Origin: an uncultured Arcobacter sp.
GTDB taxonomy: Bacteria; Campylobacterota; Campylobacteria; Campylobacterales; Arcobacteraceae
Direction of reading: 5' to 3'
Assembly: GCA_964445915.1 (NCBI GenBank)
Contig: CAYUNC010000001.1
Span: forward strand, 1 to 58,107
Length of the DNA stretch: 58,107 nt
Shown: positions 1-9,154 of the stretch, piece after piece
Position numbering within the stretch: the stretch's first letter is position 1
Layout: each line of letters opens with the position of its first letter
Translations under genes and position numbers: made by a program
The notes under the pieces: model-generated
The model's input: the letters and a program-made list of their open reading frames with translations, nothing else
Database searches by the model: none
Told to the model about the DNA's origin: nothing

Positions 1-2
1 GG

Positions 3-455
3 AATGTGTCAAAAGTAATCAATATGGACGGTATGTTTTGTAATGCAACCTCGTTTAACCAAGATATTGGTAGTTGGGATGTGTCTGATGTAACTGATAT
101 GAGTTGGATGTTCTGTAATGCAAATTCGTTTAACCAATATATAGGTAGATGGAATGTGTCAAAAGTAACTGATATGAGATGTATGTTTGAAGGTGCAACA
201 TCATTTGATCAAAATATAGGTAACTGGAACATATCAAATGTAACTAATATGAGTTACATGTTTAAGAATGTTACCCTAAGTACAGCAAATTATGATGCAT
301 TACTAATAGGGTGGGCAGCACAATCAGTTAAACCAGGTGTGAATTTTCATGCTGGTAACAGTAAGTATACACCTGGTGGTGCTGCAGAGGCAGCCAGGAA
401 TATATTAACAGGACCACCTAACAATTGGACTATAACAGATGGGGGTCCTGCATAA
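3..455 (+). CDS. DUF285/BspA-like repeat protein, C-terminal fragment (5' end outside window)
   Basis: Frame is open to the window edge. Contains ~25-aa FNQDIGxWxVSxVTxMxxMF repeats. The last ~285 nt are ~95% identical (hand alignment) to the reverse complement of 41752..42037. Confidence 0.8.
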   Translation, partial: NVSKVINMDGMFCNATSFNQDIGSWDVSDVTDMSWMFCNANSFNQYIGRWNVSKVTDMRCMFEGATSFDQNIGNWNISNVTNMSYMFKNVTLSTANYDALLIGWAAQSVKPGVNFHAGNSKYTPGGAAEAARNILTGPPNNWTITDGGPA

Positions 456-536
456 GAAGAGAAAAAAGTAAATATTTAAAAAATCAATTAATCTATCGTA
501 AAGAACGGAATTTACAAAAATTTATGGAGTGTATAT

Positions 537-1043
537 ATGGTAAAAAATGTATTAATATCAATATTTATTTTGGTTTTAGCTTTAATTGGGTGTAATTCTT
601 ATTCAGCTAATAATACCAAGTTTTGTCGAGATGATTATTCTACAGAATATGAGAAAATGATAAAATATGTGATTGGAGAAAACAAAAATATAGAATTTGA
701 CAAAAAGTATATAAATTGTGATTCCATGAAACTTATATATTTAAGAATAAAAGCTTGGGATATTATTGTTTCTAATATTAAATTAGAATTTTGTATAGAA
801 AATAATATTAATCATAATGAAGTTAAAAAATTAAAAACAACTAGTTTTGTTAAAATGTTAGTTACACAAATTGATACAAGTAAAACTGACGGTAATATTA
901 AAAAAGTTAACTGTTATACTTGTGTTGGTGTTATTATAAAATATAATAATATAAGAAGCATTAAATACTTCAATATAGAAGATTGTGTTGAATTTTTGGT
1001 GAGTGACAAGTGTTATATAAAAAATATTATAAAACTATCTTGA
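537..1043 (+). CDS. Putative lipoprotein
   Basis: N-terminal hydrophobic segment ending in the lipobox-like LIGC. GGAG lies ~8 nt upstream of the ATG. Confidence 0.6.
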   Translation: MVKNVLISIFILVLALIGCNSYSANNTKFCRDDYSTEYEKMIKYVIGENKNIEFDKKYINCDSMKLIYLRIKAWDIIVSNIKLEFCIENNINHNEVKKLKTTSFVKMLVTQIDTSKTDGNIKKVNCYTCVGVIIKYNNIRSIKYFNIEDCVEFLVSDKCYIKNIIKLS

Positions 1044-1085
1044 GAAAGAAGAGGTAAACCATTACATTATAAAGGAGTATTTATA

Positions 1086-1280
1086 ATGAAAACAGAAATT
1101 TTCGATTTTAAAAGTAATGGATGGGCTGTATATAACAAAGAAAGAGAATTAGAGTATAATTTTTATAATAATCCTAATAGAATTTCTTTCATTGATTTTC
1201 GTAGAAACAATGTTTGCTTCAATATAAGAATTAACAAAACAACTGGAAACTGGGATAATTTTAATAAGATATGTTGTTAA
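1086..1280 (+). CDS. Hypothetical protein
   Basis: ORF with AAGGAG upstream. No recognisable motif. Confidence 0.5.
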   Translation: MKTEIFDFKSNGWAVYNKERELEYNFYNNPNRISFIDFRRNNVCFNIRINKTTGNWDNFNKICC

Positions 1281-2242
1281 TAAGTGATATTCATATAGGA
1301 TTATGGCGTGATGACAAGAAAGGTCATAATTTGATTATGGACCTGTTTAGAGAAATAGCAGATTTATGCATCAAAAAAGATATTAAAAAAATAGCAATTT
1401 TAGGTGATCTATTTAACAATCGTAAGAGTTTAACATCTAATTCAAAAGACACAGCACTAGAAGTAGTGAATATATTGAAAAACTTTGAGTTAATTATTAC
1501 TAGTGGTAATCATGATATATATTATAATAATTCTTATTCACCAAATTGGTTAGAACTTTTTTATTATTACGATAATATTACTGTAGTCGATAAAGAGCCT
1601 TATTTTATAAATGATTGTTGTTTTGTTCCTTGGGGATATCCTATAGACACTATTGAACATAATGGTTATCTTTTTGGTCATTTTGAGATAAATTCTTTTA
1701 TGATGAACGATAGCTTCGAATGTACCAAAGCTAAATTAAATATCAGTGATTTTAAAAAATTTAAACATGTCTATTCAGGACATTTCCATCATCCATCTAC
1801 AAAAAATAATATAACTTATCTTGGAAGTCCTTTTCAGCATAATTTTGGTGATTGTGAAAGTAAAAGAGGATATTACATATTTATCAATGGTAATATTGAA
1901 TTTATCGAGTTTACTTCTGCACCAAAATTTATTATATTAAAACCAGAGGATAATATAGCAAAAGAAAATATAGAAAACAATTTTGTTAAGATGATTTTTA
2001 ACAGTAATAATGTTAATAAGGCAGACAAACTAATTTCATTGATTGAATCTTTTAAACCGCTATCATTAGATATTAAAGTGATTAAGAATGAAACTGTAAA
2101 TCAAAAAATATTAGAAGAGGAGGGAAAAACTAATAAAGAAATTTATATGGAGTTTGTAGAAAAGAATAAACCGGATTATATAGATTATAAGTTAATAGAT
2201 AAAGTGTTTGATTCAATTCTAAAGGATATTAATTTCGTATGA
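1271..2242 (+). CDS. Mre11/SbcD-type nuclease (T4 gp47-like)
   Basis: Phosphoesterase motifs DIHIG, GDLF, GNHD and GHFH. Overlaps the downstream Rad50-like gene by 4 nt, as in the T4 47/46 pair. Confidence 0.85.
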   Translation: MLLISDIHIGLWRDDKKGHNLIMDLFREIADLCIKKDIKKIAILGDLFNNRKSLTSNSKDTALEVVNILKNFELIITSGNHDIYYNNSYSPNWLELFYYYDNITVVDKEPYFINDCCFVPWGYPIDTIEHNGYLFGHFEINSFMMNDSFECTKAKLNISDFKKFKHVYSGHFHHPSTKNNITYLGSPFQHNFGDCESKRGYYIFINGNIEFIEFTSAPKFIILKPEDNIAKENIENNFVKMIFNSNNVNKADKLISLIESFKPLSLDIKVIKNETVNQKILEEEGKTNKEIYMEFVEKNKPDYIDYKLIDKVFDSILKDINFV

Positions 2243-4332
2243 AAATTATAAAAACTACATTTAGTAATTTTTTGTCATTTGGTAAGAAAAAACAGGAGTT
2301 TAATTTATTAAACGGACTGAACCTTGTCTGTGGTATTGTACCAAATAAATCAAGATCAAATTCTGCCGGAAAAAGTAATTTACTTGCATCTATAACTGTG
2401 TCTTTATATGGCAGGGATATAAAAGGAATTAAACAAGATCAATTAATAAACTGGAAAAATAGAAAAAAATGTGAATTAGAAGTCTTTTTTACTAAAAAAG
2501 ATAATAATTATATTATCAGAAGGGGATTTAAACCAAATTATCTGGAAATATATGAGAATGAAAAATTAATTCCTCATCTTCCTAGTATAAAAGACGATCA
2601 ACAGCAAATCAATGAAATAATAGGGATGAACTTTGATACTTTTGTGTCTTTAGTTTTTTTTAATATAAATCATAGCGTTCCATTTATGCGGATGGGATTA
2701 CCTCAGAAAAGATCTATATTAGAAAAAATTTTTGATCTTGAAGTTTTTACAAGAATGTCATCCGAATTAAATAAAAAAATAAATAATATCAATGTTAATA
2801 TAACGGAATACAAAAATAATATAGATGTATTAGAATTTGCGAACAATGGAATAAATGAGAGTAATACTGAATTAATTAAAAAAATCGCCGGTCTACAAAA
2901 GGAAATTATCATAACAGAGGATGATTTAAATTATTTGAAATTAAGTAAAGAATTAATTGATGTTGAAAGTAAAAAATTAGACTTACTTAAGAAACAAGAA
3001 ATATCCAAACAAAATATTGTCAGAAATATTAAGCAATCCATATTGTATATTTCCAATAAAATTAGAAGTATTAATGAAGAAAAAATAAAAACTGAAAAAG
3101 ATCGTGAGAGAATAAAAAATCTGAAAAATAAGTTACCAAGAGAAAATATTGATTATTCTGTTAAAATAACTGAATTAAATAAGAAAAAAGATGAGTTACA
3201 AATAAAAATAGATAATACTGATAAAAAATTAATGGAGTCGAATAGTGAACTTGCAATATTAAGAAATAACCTAAAAACTAAAAATAATTATCTTAATTTT
3301 ATTAAAAATAATAATCAATGTCCAACATGTAATCAGATTATTACAAACAAAGAAAAAATTATTGAGTCAACAGAAGAAGAGATTGGTAATATTAAAAATA
3401 GTATGCATAAATATGAAGATATCATTTATGATCTTAACAATAAATTAAATTTTTTAAAAAATGAAAAAAGTACAGTAGCAGATGATATTAATTTATTCAA
3501 AGAAAAAATTAATTTAATTATTGATATAGAAAAACAACTTGAATATATTGGTGAACCAAAAGAAATTAATAGTTTTGATGTAAAAAGATATGAATCTGCT
3601 TTGATCAAATTAAAAAATATTAAATTAGAAGATTTCAGTGATGACATTAATGAATTAGAACATAAAATAAATTCTATTATTGACAAATCCAAAAAAATTG
3701 AAAAGAAAATAATGGCAAAAGAATATCAGGATAAGATGAAATGTGAATTAGAAGACATGATTAAAAAGAACAAAAAAGATAAGGCAAAAAATGAAATAAA
3801 AATTAAAGATATTGAAAAGAAAATTAAAAAATTAAAAATAGCGAAAGATCATTTTGAATTTATGAAAGAAATGTGTAAAGATGATAAAGTAAAACAATAT
3901 GCTATATCATCACAGATACCTTATATTTCGGAAAGAACTAATGAGTATTTAAGTTATGTTGGACATGATTTTTATATAGAGTTGGATAAATTTATGGAGA
4001 TGAGTATAAAAGGACCTGGATTTTATAATTGTAGTTATAAAAGTTTATGTGGTGGTGAATCTAAGAGTGTCGATATAGCGTTACTTATGGCTTTCCATGA
4101 TATTGCTAGAAAAAGGTCTTCAATAAAAACCGATATTTTAGTTCTTGATGAGTTATTGGATACTTCGGTTGATGCTAAATCATTAGATAAGATAGTTGAT
4201 ATAATACGTAAAAAACAGTTAAATGATAATTTGAAAGTTTTTATTATCTCGCATCGTGATGAAATTGATATTGAATTTGATAATGTTTTTACAGTAATAA
4301 AAGAAGATGGTTATTCTAAATTAAAATATTAA
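2239..4332 (+). CDS. Rad50/SbcC-type ATPase (T4 gp46-like)
   Basis: P-loop NSAGKSN, a long K/E/N-rich coiled coil with a central CPTC zinc hook, signature LCGGESKS and Walker B ILVLDE. Confidence 0.85.
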   Translation: MKIIKTTFSNFLSFGKKKQEFNLLNGLNLVCGIVPNKSRSNSAGKSNLLASITVSLYGRDIKGIKQDQLINWKNRKKCELEVFFTKKDNNYIIRRGFKPNYLEIYENEKLIPHLPSIKDDQQQINEIIGMNFDTFVSLVFFNINHSVPFMRMGLPQKRSILEKIFDLEVFTRMSSELNKKINNINVNITEYKNNIDVLEFANNGINESNTELIKKIAGLQKEIIITEDDLNYLKLSKELIDVESKKLDLLKKQEISKQNIVRNIKQSILYISNKIRSINEEKIKTEKDRERIKNLKNKLPRENIDYSVKITELNKKKDELQIKIDNTDKKLMESNSELAILRNNLKTKNNYLNFIKNNNQCPTCNQIITNKEKIIESTEEEIGNIKNSMHKYEDIIYDLNNKLNFLKNEKSTVADDINLFKEKINLIIDIEKQLEYIGEPKEINSFDVKRYESALIKLKNIKLEDFSDDINELEHKINSIIDKSKKIEKKIMAKEYQDKMKCELEDMIKKNKKDKAKNEIKIKDIEKKIKKLKIAKDHFEFMKEMCKDDKVKQYAISSQIPYISERTNEYLSYVGHDFYIELDKFMEMSIKGPGFYNCSYKSLCGGESKSVDIALLMAFHDIARKRSSIKTDILVLDELLDTSVDAKSLDKIVDIIRKKQLNDNLKVFIISHRDEIDIEFDNVFTVIKEDGYSKLKY

Positions 4333-4398
4333 CTGTATATGATCACAATTGGTATATCTGGTATTTTAGTATATGTCTGGTAATTACATTTCTAATAG

Positions 4399-4455
4399 AA
4401 AGGAGGGATGCTGTTTTCTTTTCAGTATTTATACTGAAGTCTCCACGGCATATAT
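4399..4455 (+). promoter_or_regulatory. Split-SD leader hairpin L1
   Basis: AAAGGAGG at 4399..4406. Helices GCTGT/ACGGC (one G:U) and TTCAGTA/TACTGAA. CATATATATG precedes the start at 4456. Confidence 0.6.
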
Positions 4456-5562
4456 ATGATAGAAGTTATTAATAAAGATTGTATGATAGGATTAAAGGAA
4501 TTATCAGATAATTCTGTTGATAGTGTTGTTACTGATCCACCCTATGGTATGAAATTTATGAACAAAAAATGGGACTATAATGTTCCTGGTATAGAAATGT
4601 GGAAGGAATGTTTAAGAATTTTAAAACCAGGTGGTCATATTTTAGTAGCATGCGGTACAAAAACACAACATAGGATGGCTATTAATATAGAAAATGCTGG
4701 TTTTGAAATAAGAGATTTAATTGCTTGGATATATAGTCAAGGGTTTCCAAAAAACACAAATGTAAGTAAAAAAATTACTAAAAATATGAATCAAAATAAG
4801 GCAAGACAATGGGAAGGATGGGGAACTGCGTTAAAACCTGCATTAGAATTATGGACTTTAGCTAGAAAACCATTATCAGAAAAAACAATTGCTGATAATA
4901 TATTAAAATGGGGTACTGGTGGATTAAATATTGATAAGACCAGAGTTCCAGTAAATGAAAAACTTGATAGTGAAGAAAACTTGAAAACTAGCGATGTTGT
5001 TCTGTCTTCTAAAAAAGGTAGGTATCCATCTAATGTTATTCATGATGGATCCGATGACGTGTTTGGACTATTTCCTAAAACAAAAAAAGGATGGGGAAAA
5101 AACACAACTGGCATAAAGAAAGGATTAGGCTCAATATTTGGTATAGGTGGGTATAGTGAAACAGAAAGATATGATTCAGGATCAGGATCAGCAGCAAGAT
5201 TCTTTTACTGTGCTAAACCATCTAAAAGTGAAAGAAATATAGGATTAGATGATTTTCCTGAAAAGATAGTTACAGATGGTTCAACAAGAAAAAATAAAAA
5301 AACAGCAGCGAAATATCAGGCAAATTCAGCTAAAAGAAAAAATATTCATCCGACTGTTAAGCCAGTTAAACTAATGAGATATCTATGTAAATTAGTAACA
5401 CCTCCTAATGGTATAGTTGTTGATCCATTTATGGGCAGTGGCAGCACAGGTATAGCTGCGTTAGTAGAAGGTTTTAATTTCATAGGATTTGAAATAGAGA
5501 AAGAATATTTTAATTTAGCTAAAGCTAGAATAGACTATTTAGTATTTCAGTTAGGTAATTGA
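4456..5562 (+). CDS. DNA N6-adenine/N4-cytosine methyltransferase
   Basis: DPPYG near the N-terminus and FMGSGSTG near the C-terminus (beta-class motif order). Preceded by leader copy L1. Confidence 0.85.
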   Translation: MIEVINKDCMIGLKELSDNSVDSVVTDPPYGMKFMNKKWDYNVPGIEMWKECLRILKPGGHILVACGTKTQHRMAINIENAGFEIRDLIAWIYSQGFPKNTNVSKKITKNMNQNKARQWEGWGTALKPALELWTLARKPLSEKTIADNILKWGTGGLNIDKTRVPVNEKLDSEENLKTSDVVLSSKKGRYPSNVIHDGSDDVFGLFPKTKKGWGKNTTGIKKGLGSIFGIGGYSETERYDSGSGSAARFFYCAKPSKSERNIGLDDFPEKIVTDGSTRKNKKTAAKYQANSAKRKNIHPTVKPVKLMRYLCKLVTPPNGIVVDPFMGSGSTGIAALVEGFNFIGFEIEKEYFNLAKARIDYLVFQLGN

Positions 5563-5599
5563 AACATAAACAAAACAATAAAATTGAAAGGAGTTTATT

Positions 5600-5776
5600 A
5601 TGGAACTACAAAAATTTAATCCAAATTCAATAGAATTTGTAAATGCTTGGGCTGCAGCAATTAAAGAAGCATGCCAAAAACTTAATTTTGATGTTCGATG
5701 TATTGATTGGTTTAGCTACACTCCTGATTTTTTTATCAAACAAAAAAATCTTTTGTCTACTCATAACTATAATTAG
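5600..5776 (+). CDS. Small hypothetical protein (58 aa, below the ORF-track cutoff)
   Basis: AAAGGAG lies 8 nt upstream of the ATG. Fills an otherwise empty gap between genes. Confidence 0.5.
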   Translation: MELQKFNPNSIEFVNAWAAAIKEACQKLNFDVRCIDWFSYTPDFFIKQKNLLSTHNYN

Positions 5777-5814
5777 TCAATTTTAAATAAAGCTTATCAA
5801 AACAAGGAGAATTT

Positions 5815-6042
5815 ATGTCTAAGTTAGCTTTTAATGGTGTAATAAGTGGTGATGGTGAGTGTTTTTGTTTCTTAGTTGACAGAAAAACTTTCGTTGAAAT
5901 AATTAAAAAGGAACCAAGAAAGTATGACAAATCACACAAAAAGGATTATTACAAGTTATACCCAGATGATGTGTTTAAAAATATTTTAGGATCATATTCC
6001 AATAGAGAAGATTTAAAAATCAGTATTGAGGTTGAACAGTGA
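5815..6042 (+). CDS. Hypothetical protein
   Basis: AAGGAG upstream. GTGA start/stop overlap with the next ORF. Confidence 0.55.
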   Translation: MSKLAFNGVISGDGECFCFLVDRKTFVEIIKKEPRKYDKSHKKDYYKLYPDDVFKNILGSYSNREDLKISIEVEQ

Positions 6043-6236
6043 ATAATAAATATTTCAAAACTTATAGACAAATTGTGTTGTCTTATCCGTTGTTTGAAGA
6101 TTATTTAAATAATATTTTAGGTCCTGATGGTAAATACTTTGGCTGGTATTTAGTTTCTGTACATTCATTTGAACATTTAAATGGGTCTTGTAAATATGTA
6201 GCTACTATAGCTAAAGAAGTTTTTTATGAGAATTAA
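6039..6236 (+). CDS. Hypothetical protein
   Basis: GTG start overlapping the preceding stop codon. Confidence 0.5.
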   Translation: MNNKYFKTYRQIVLSYPLFEDYLNNILGPDGKYFGWYLVSVHSFEHLNGSCKYVATIAKEVFYEN

Positions 6237-6265
6237 AAAATCAAAATTAATTATATTTCTAGTAG

Positions 6266-6322
6266 AAAGGAGGGATGTTGTTTTTATTTCGGTATTCATA
6301 CCGGAATGAAAACGACGTATAT
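6266..6322 (+). promoter_or_regulatory. Split-SD leader hairpin L2
   Basis: AAAGGAGG at 6266..6273, loop GGTATTCATACC, then ACGACGTATATATGATG. Confidence 0.6.
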
Positions 6323-6640
6323 ATGATGAAAATTTCATTTGTAAAAAATAAATCACCAGTTTTAGTAAAAGGTAATTACAAAAATTATAAAATTGGGTTT
6401 TTAGGTCGATGGAGTAATTGGTGCTTTGTTGCCTCAAAAAATCAAGATATAGATGTTATATTAAATAAGTTTGGTATTGTATCTGATCTTGATGGTGATA
6501 TGAAGCTTTATGGTTATTGGGATTTCAAAGATAAAAGTGGATATGGGTCTTCTTATATGCCAAAAAGGATAGCTGTAAAATTAATTAAAAAATGTTTACG
6601 TCAGTTTGTAAAAGAGCAAATGTTAAAATTAAACAGTTAG
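6323..6640 (+). CDS. Hypothetical protein (start moved to ATGATG after leader L2)
   Basis: The ORF-track start at 6275 lies inside the leader hairpin. The conserved CATATATGATGAAA places the start at 6323. Confidence 0.6.
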   Translation: MMKISFVKNKSPVLVKGNYKNYKIGFLGRWSNWCFVASKNQDIDVILNKFGIVSDLDGDMKLYGYWDFKDKSGYGSSYMPKRIAVKLIKKCLRQFVKEQMLKLNS

Positions 6641-6681
6641 TGTTTACGTAATTTGTATTACCCGTTTATGGAGATTAATTG

Positions 6682-7803
6682 ATGTCAACATTTAGTGATT
6701 TAAGAAGAAAGATTGATAAATCAGTCAAAGGCGTTCATATATCAATTCTAGCTGATAGTGAAATTGCAAAAATTGATCAATGGATACAAGCACCAACATA
6801 CGATTTTAATAGAATTTTGTCTGGGTCATTGAAAAAAGGTATTCCTGTTAAATCTCATGTAGTAATGGTTGGACCAGAAGCATCATTTAAAACAAGCTAT
6901 ATATGTCTTTTATTAGTTGATGCCTTAAGAAAAGGGCTAAAACCGGTTATTATAGATACTGAAGGATCATGGACTAATTCTTTTGTAGAAAGATGGGGTT
7001 TAGATCCAAGAAAGGTACTTTATATTTATACTCCTTTCACAACAGAAGCTATGACAGTGCTTAGCACCATAAGAGAATCAGATGAAGAAGGATTTGCTAT
7101 CGCTGTTGATTCTATAGGAGGTTTAGAGAGAAAAAAGTTGTTTGATGATACTCTAAGAGGAGATCATAAAGCAGATCAAGGTATCCTACAAAAAGAAATA
7201 AAACAGTTATTGAAAATGTTAGTTAATATTTGCAAATCTAAAAAATCAATAGCATTTTCTTCTGCACATTATTATGGTGATCCATCTGGTTATGGTTCAC
7301 CTGAAAAAGTTGGTGGTGGAAAATACTTAAAGTTATCGGCCGATATTCTTATTAGTCTTAAAAAATATGATATAAAGGAAATAATTGATGGTAAAAGTGT
7401 CATAACTGGAACTGGTTTGACAGCTTGTACTCTAAAAAACAGATTCTATCCTCCATTTAATGAAACTGAGATTGAAATAAACTATATTAGCGGTATAAAT
7501 AAGTACGTTGGTTTATTGAATATTTGTAAAACTGCTGGTATTATCGAACAAAAAGGAGCTTGGTATACATATCTCAAAACTGGTTGCAAATTTTGTGGTG
7601 TTAAAGAAGTAATGAAATTCTTTGAGTCAAATAAAGATATTATTGATGAAATTGATGAATATGTTAAAAATACTGGTTATAGTAATATAAATTATGAAGC
7701 TGCCAAGTTATATAATAAAGAATCGAAAAAAAATGATGACGAGAAAGAAGAAGAAAAAATAAGAATCAAAAAAATAAAAAAAGATAAAGAAGGAGTAGAT
7801 TAA
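6682..7803 (+). CDS. uvsX: RecA/UvsX-family recombinase
   Basis: Walker A GPEASFKTS, Walker B-like AIAVDSIGG, and RecA-like length. Confidence 0.7.
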   Translation: MSTFSDLRRKIDKSVKGVHISILADSEIAKIDQWIQAPTYDFNRILSGSLKKGIPVKSHVVMVGPEASFKTSYICLLLVDALRKGLKPVIIDTEGSWTNSFVERWGLDPRKVLYIYTPFTTEAMTVLSTIRESDEEGFAIAVDSIGGLERKKLFDDTLRGDHKADQGILQKEIKQLLKMLVNICKSKKSIAFSSAHYYGDPSGYGSPEKVGGGKYLKLSADILISLKKYDIKEIIDGKSVITGTGLTACTLKNRFYPPFNETEIEINYISGINKYVGLLNICKTAGIIEQKGAWYTYLKTGCKFCGVKEVMKFFESNKDIIDEIDEYVKNTGYSNINYEAAKLYNKESKKNDDEKEEEKIRIKKIKKDKEGVD

Positions 7804-8258
7804 TGTTAATAAGAAAAATGAAGTTCAGATTAATTAAAGTAGATTATGATATTGTTCGTGATAATAATATTAATACTTTTACTGCTTGTATTTTAGCTAG
7901 GAACCAAGAAGAAATCTTAAAATTTCTTAGGCAAAGGGTATCTCCTAATATAAGAATTATTTCATTGTCTGATCAAGGAATAGTTGACGCATTAGCAACT
8001 GATTTTGAAAAATACATGGAAAATGTTATAGTAAAATCTTTATTAGAGCAAGGCAAAATTGAAATAAAGAAACCATCAGAACAAAAGGATGTATCAGAGC
8101 AGGATAAAATTGAAGTAAATAAACCATCAGAACAAAAGGATGTATCAGAGCAGAATAAAATTGAAATAAATGAACCATCAGAAACAAAGGATATATCAGA
8201 GCATGAAGAAGCCATCAGAAAAAGTAAACAACTTAAAAAAATTAGAAATATTAAGTAA
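7803..8258 (+). CDS. Hypothetical protein with 3 x 17-aa acidic repeats
   Basis: TAATG overlap with the upstream gene. Contains KIE(I/V)xKPSEQKDVSEQ repeats. Confidence 0.6.
   Translation: MLIRKMKFRLIKVDYDIVRDNNINTFTACILARNQEEILKFLRQRVSPNIRIISLSDQGIVDALATDFEKYMENVIVKSLLEQGKIEIKKPSEQKDVSEQDKIEVNKPSEQKDVSEQNKIEINEPSETKDISEHEEAIRKSKQLKKIRNIK
8055..8207 (+). repeat. 3 x 51-bp tandem coding repeat
   Basis: Units at 8055, 8106 and 8157, starting AAAATTGAA. Confidence 0.85.
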
Positions 8259-8424
8259 TATAAAAGTATAAAATATTTTTTGGTTATAATGTAAACTATT
8301 TTTAGTTTACTATAAATTTTGCTACGATGTACAGAATAAAGCTTAACAGAGGTCACATCAATGGCTGAATAAGTTTGAATTTTAATCTTGAGCAACCAAT
8401 TTCAAATATTAGGAGATATACTAT

Positions 8425-8628
8425 ATGTTGATGGAATATTTTGATATTAAAAAAATTGTTTATTATGATCTGATAGACGTTAATATTACTAAATTTACTG
8501 ATGATATTATTGTTTCTTTTTATCCAATTGAAGATAAAGTAATTATGAGATATTCTATTAACAGCGATGATATTAATTTTATTCAAGTAAGTTATGAAGA
8601 TTTTCAAGCATATCTTGATGTAAACTAA
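8425..8628 (+). CDS. Hypothetical protein
   Basis: AGGAG lies 9 nt upstream of the ATG. Confidence 0.5.
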   Translation: MLMEYFDIKKIVYYDLIDVNITKFTDDIIVSFYPIEDKVIMRYSINSDDINFIQVSYEDFQAYLDVN

Positions 8629-8637
8629 CTTCAGTCT

Positions 8638-8708
8638 GTCGTAAACTTCATCACTTTATGGTGAATATTAGGCATCTTGCGAAAATAGAAAAAAATTAAG
8701 GTTGTCTC
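8638..8708 (+). ncRNA. 5' module (hairpin and junction) of the second copy of the structured element
   Basis: Homologous to 12672..12741: GTCG(T/C)AAAC..TCA(T/C)CAC..; AATTAA(G/T)GTTGTCTC. Confidence 0.4.
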
Positions 8709-8839
8709 CAATATAGATGAGATATCAAACTTATTTAGACTACGGTAAGAAGTACAAACCCAAAAGATTTTCAATCAGATGGTACTCTGCAAAAAATCAC
8801 ATCACTTTAGTGCAAACGAAGTATTATGTCACTATAGTC

Positions 8840-8848
8840 TGGTATAAT
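8840..8848 (+). promoter_or_regulatory. Possible extended -10 promoter
   Basis: TGGTATAAT, identical to the -10 region at 8941..8949. No good -35. Confidence 0.3.
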
Positions 8849-8919
8849 AAAATATGTCGGCCATATTCTGGCTAAATAAAGATTGCCCATGAAAACAGCA
8901 AAAAAATATATTATTTTTA

Positions 8920-8949
8920 TTTACATTATCCATATTTTTGTGGTATAAT
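8920..8949 (+). promoter_or_regulatory. Sigma70-type (early) promoter
   Basis: TTTACA, 18-nt spacer, TGgTATAAT (extended -10). A/T-rich UP-like region upstream. Confidence 0.5.
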
Positions 8950-9005
8950 AAAATCAAAAAAAGGAGATGCCAATGTAAAACTTAAATTTATTAATTTTAA
9001 ACACC

Positions 9006-9154
9006 TTAAATACCAGGGTCTTCAGTAATTAATTGTAACAACATCATTCAACCAGGACATAGGTATCTAATGTAACTAATATGAGTTGGATGTTCTGCAA
9101 CGCAACTTTATTCAATCAAGATATTAGTTCAAATTAGAAGACCCTGGTATTTAA
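9006..9154. repeat. 18-bp perfect inverted repeat enclosing a 113-nt loop
   Basis: TTAAATACCAGGGTCTTC (9006..9023) pairs with GAAGACCCTGGTATTTAA (9137..9154). Confidence 0.85.
9039..9130 (+). pseudogene. Isolated, frame-disrupted DUF285 repeat unit
   Basis: Reads SFNQDIG then (frame break, ~9 nt missing) [22 protein letters not shown]. Closest by eye to repeats at 60..150. Confidence 0.6.

Noticed and set aside
2703-3692. Antisense or overlapping ORFs such as 2703..2912, 3426..3692, 7973..8395, 8353..8607, 21536..21910, 26475..26867, 34451..34681, 42445..42756, 51533..51865, 53761..55883 and similar
   Set aside because: All lie opposite or out of frame within longer motif-bearing genes. Their low-complexity I/L/F/S-rich translations are typical of antisense AT-rich coding sequence, and none has an RBS.
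4407-4460. Leader peptides encoded in the split-SD leaders (ATG right after AGGAGGG in L1, L2 and L6)
   Set aside because: That ATG is only 1 nt from the SD, which is too close. It is absent from the other nine copies, and the short frames are not conserved.
9006-9154. Diversity-generating retroelement template repeat for the DUF285 genes
   Set aside because: No reverse transcriptase or Avd-like gene is present in the window. The fragment differs from the expressed repeats by a deletion and by substitutions at all bases rather than adenine-specific changes. DUF285 repeats are not the usual C-type-lectin variable region. The RT could lie outside the window, so this is rejected only provisionally.
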